Shown here piece after piece: positions 63,211 through 64,000 of a stretch of DNA of 64,000 nt. Where the stretch lies: the NCBI RefSeq assembly GCF_033153115.1, contig NW_026889802.1, positions 1,860,001-1,924,000 on the forward strand, written 5' to 3'. How positions within the stretch are numbered: the first letter of the stretch is position 1; every line of letters starts with the position of its first letter. The position numbers and the translations under genes were made by a program. The notes beneath the pieces were generated by a model. The model made no database searches, was not told the origin of the DNA, and saw only the letters and a list, made by a program, of their open reading frames with translations. Source of the DNA: Saccostrea echinata. Its lineage: Eukaryota.

Positions 63211-63924
63211 AATAGACCATTTCACGATATTAACTGCGGTACTGCTCTTTAGCAGGGCGAAATGATATATTTTGGTAAAATATGACGTAAAATCACCTAT
63301 TTATTATTTTTCAATTCTAGCATATTTTTAAACCAATAGACTATTTCACAATAACTACGCAATTGCTCTTTTGCAGGGCGAAATGATATATTTTGATGAA
63401 AAATGATGTAAAAGCAAAAGCAATTTGTTCAATTATCACTAGGGATGCGCGATTTTATCGGTATACCGGTATATCATGATTTTTTATTGCGTGATATGTA
63501 TCATGATACGGAGACTAAAATACCGGTATTTGGTACATATTTAAAAATTCCAGAAATTATTCATTTATATCTTCGAACTATTAAATAAAAATTACAGGAA
63601 GTTTAAAAAATGTTGAAAAAAGTTAAACTACGGCATCCAAACATGATTTATATTATATAAATTAAAATGAAGAATATTGAAATTATGTTTTTACAGCCTA
63701 TTTGTAAGAAAAATTATAGAAATTCATTAGAAATTGTAGTAAAAATTCCGTGTAAAAATATCACGATATTATCGTGATATTTTGGAGAAAAAATCGTGAT
63801 ATATTACGATTCGAAATTTTTGGCGATACCCATCCCTAATTATCACTTATCAAAAACTTCACCAAACGTTATCAATTTGCCCTGCAAAAGAGTAGTGCTG
63901 CAGTTATTGTGAAAGGGCTAATTA
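63211..63924. mobile_element. TIR element with a tandemly duplicated left end, interrupted by a hAT MITE
   Basis: ATAGACCATTTCAC..GCTCTTT.GCAGGGCGAAATGATA twice (~63212, ~63336); reverse complement TATCAATTTGCCCTGCAAAAGAG..GTGAAAGGGCTA at 63870-63920. Confidence 0.65.
63440..63838. mobile_element. hAT-type MITE
   Basis: TIR TAGGGATG / CATCCCTA with an exact 8-bp target duplication ATTATCAC. Confidence 0.88.
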
Positions 63925-64000
63925 TATCTCAAGAAAGAAAGATAAGACTTTTTGAATCCTATCAGTAAATTATCTGGACCTTTATTTTTGACAGTAACAT

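Overview
AT-rich, intron-rich animal genomic DNA, most likely an oyster (bivalve), judging by Helentron-associated (HINE) elements that carry ~146-170 bp satellite-like arrays. Five protein-coding genes could be assembled with phase-consistent splice sites: S-adenosylmethionine synthetase (MAT, +, 414-9272, 8 exons), a claudin/PMP22-like tetraspan (+, 18560-21904), FBXL15 (+, 30201-33128, with a GC-AG intron), ZGRF1 (-, 61438-36249, ~30 exons, ~2,400 aa) and an aminergic-like class A GPCR with a single-exon CDS (+, 61875-63122) that probably overlaps the ZGRF1 5' region in antisense. Introns and intergenic DNA hold many HINEs and MITEs and a decayed Tc1 transposon. The most striking pattern is in ZGRF1: four intronic tandem arrays are amplifications of the neighbouring exon-intron junction itself, one giving 18 extra copies of a splice donor. 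Other leads are a TATA plus 5'TOP-like start on MAT, METTL16-like UACAGA hairpins, a HINE 9 nt from the acceptor of the intron equivalent to the SAM-regulated MAT2A retained intron, and a perfect 92-bp palindrome. All coordinates were read by hand and no database search was run.
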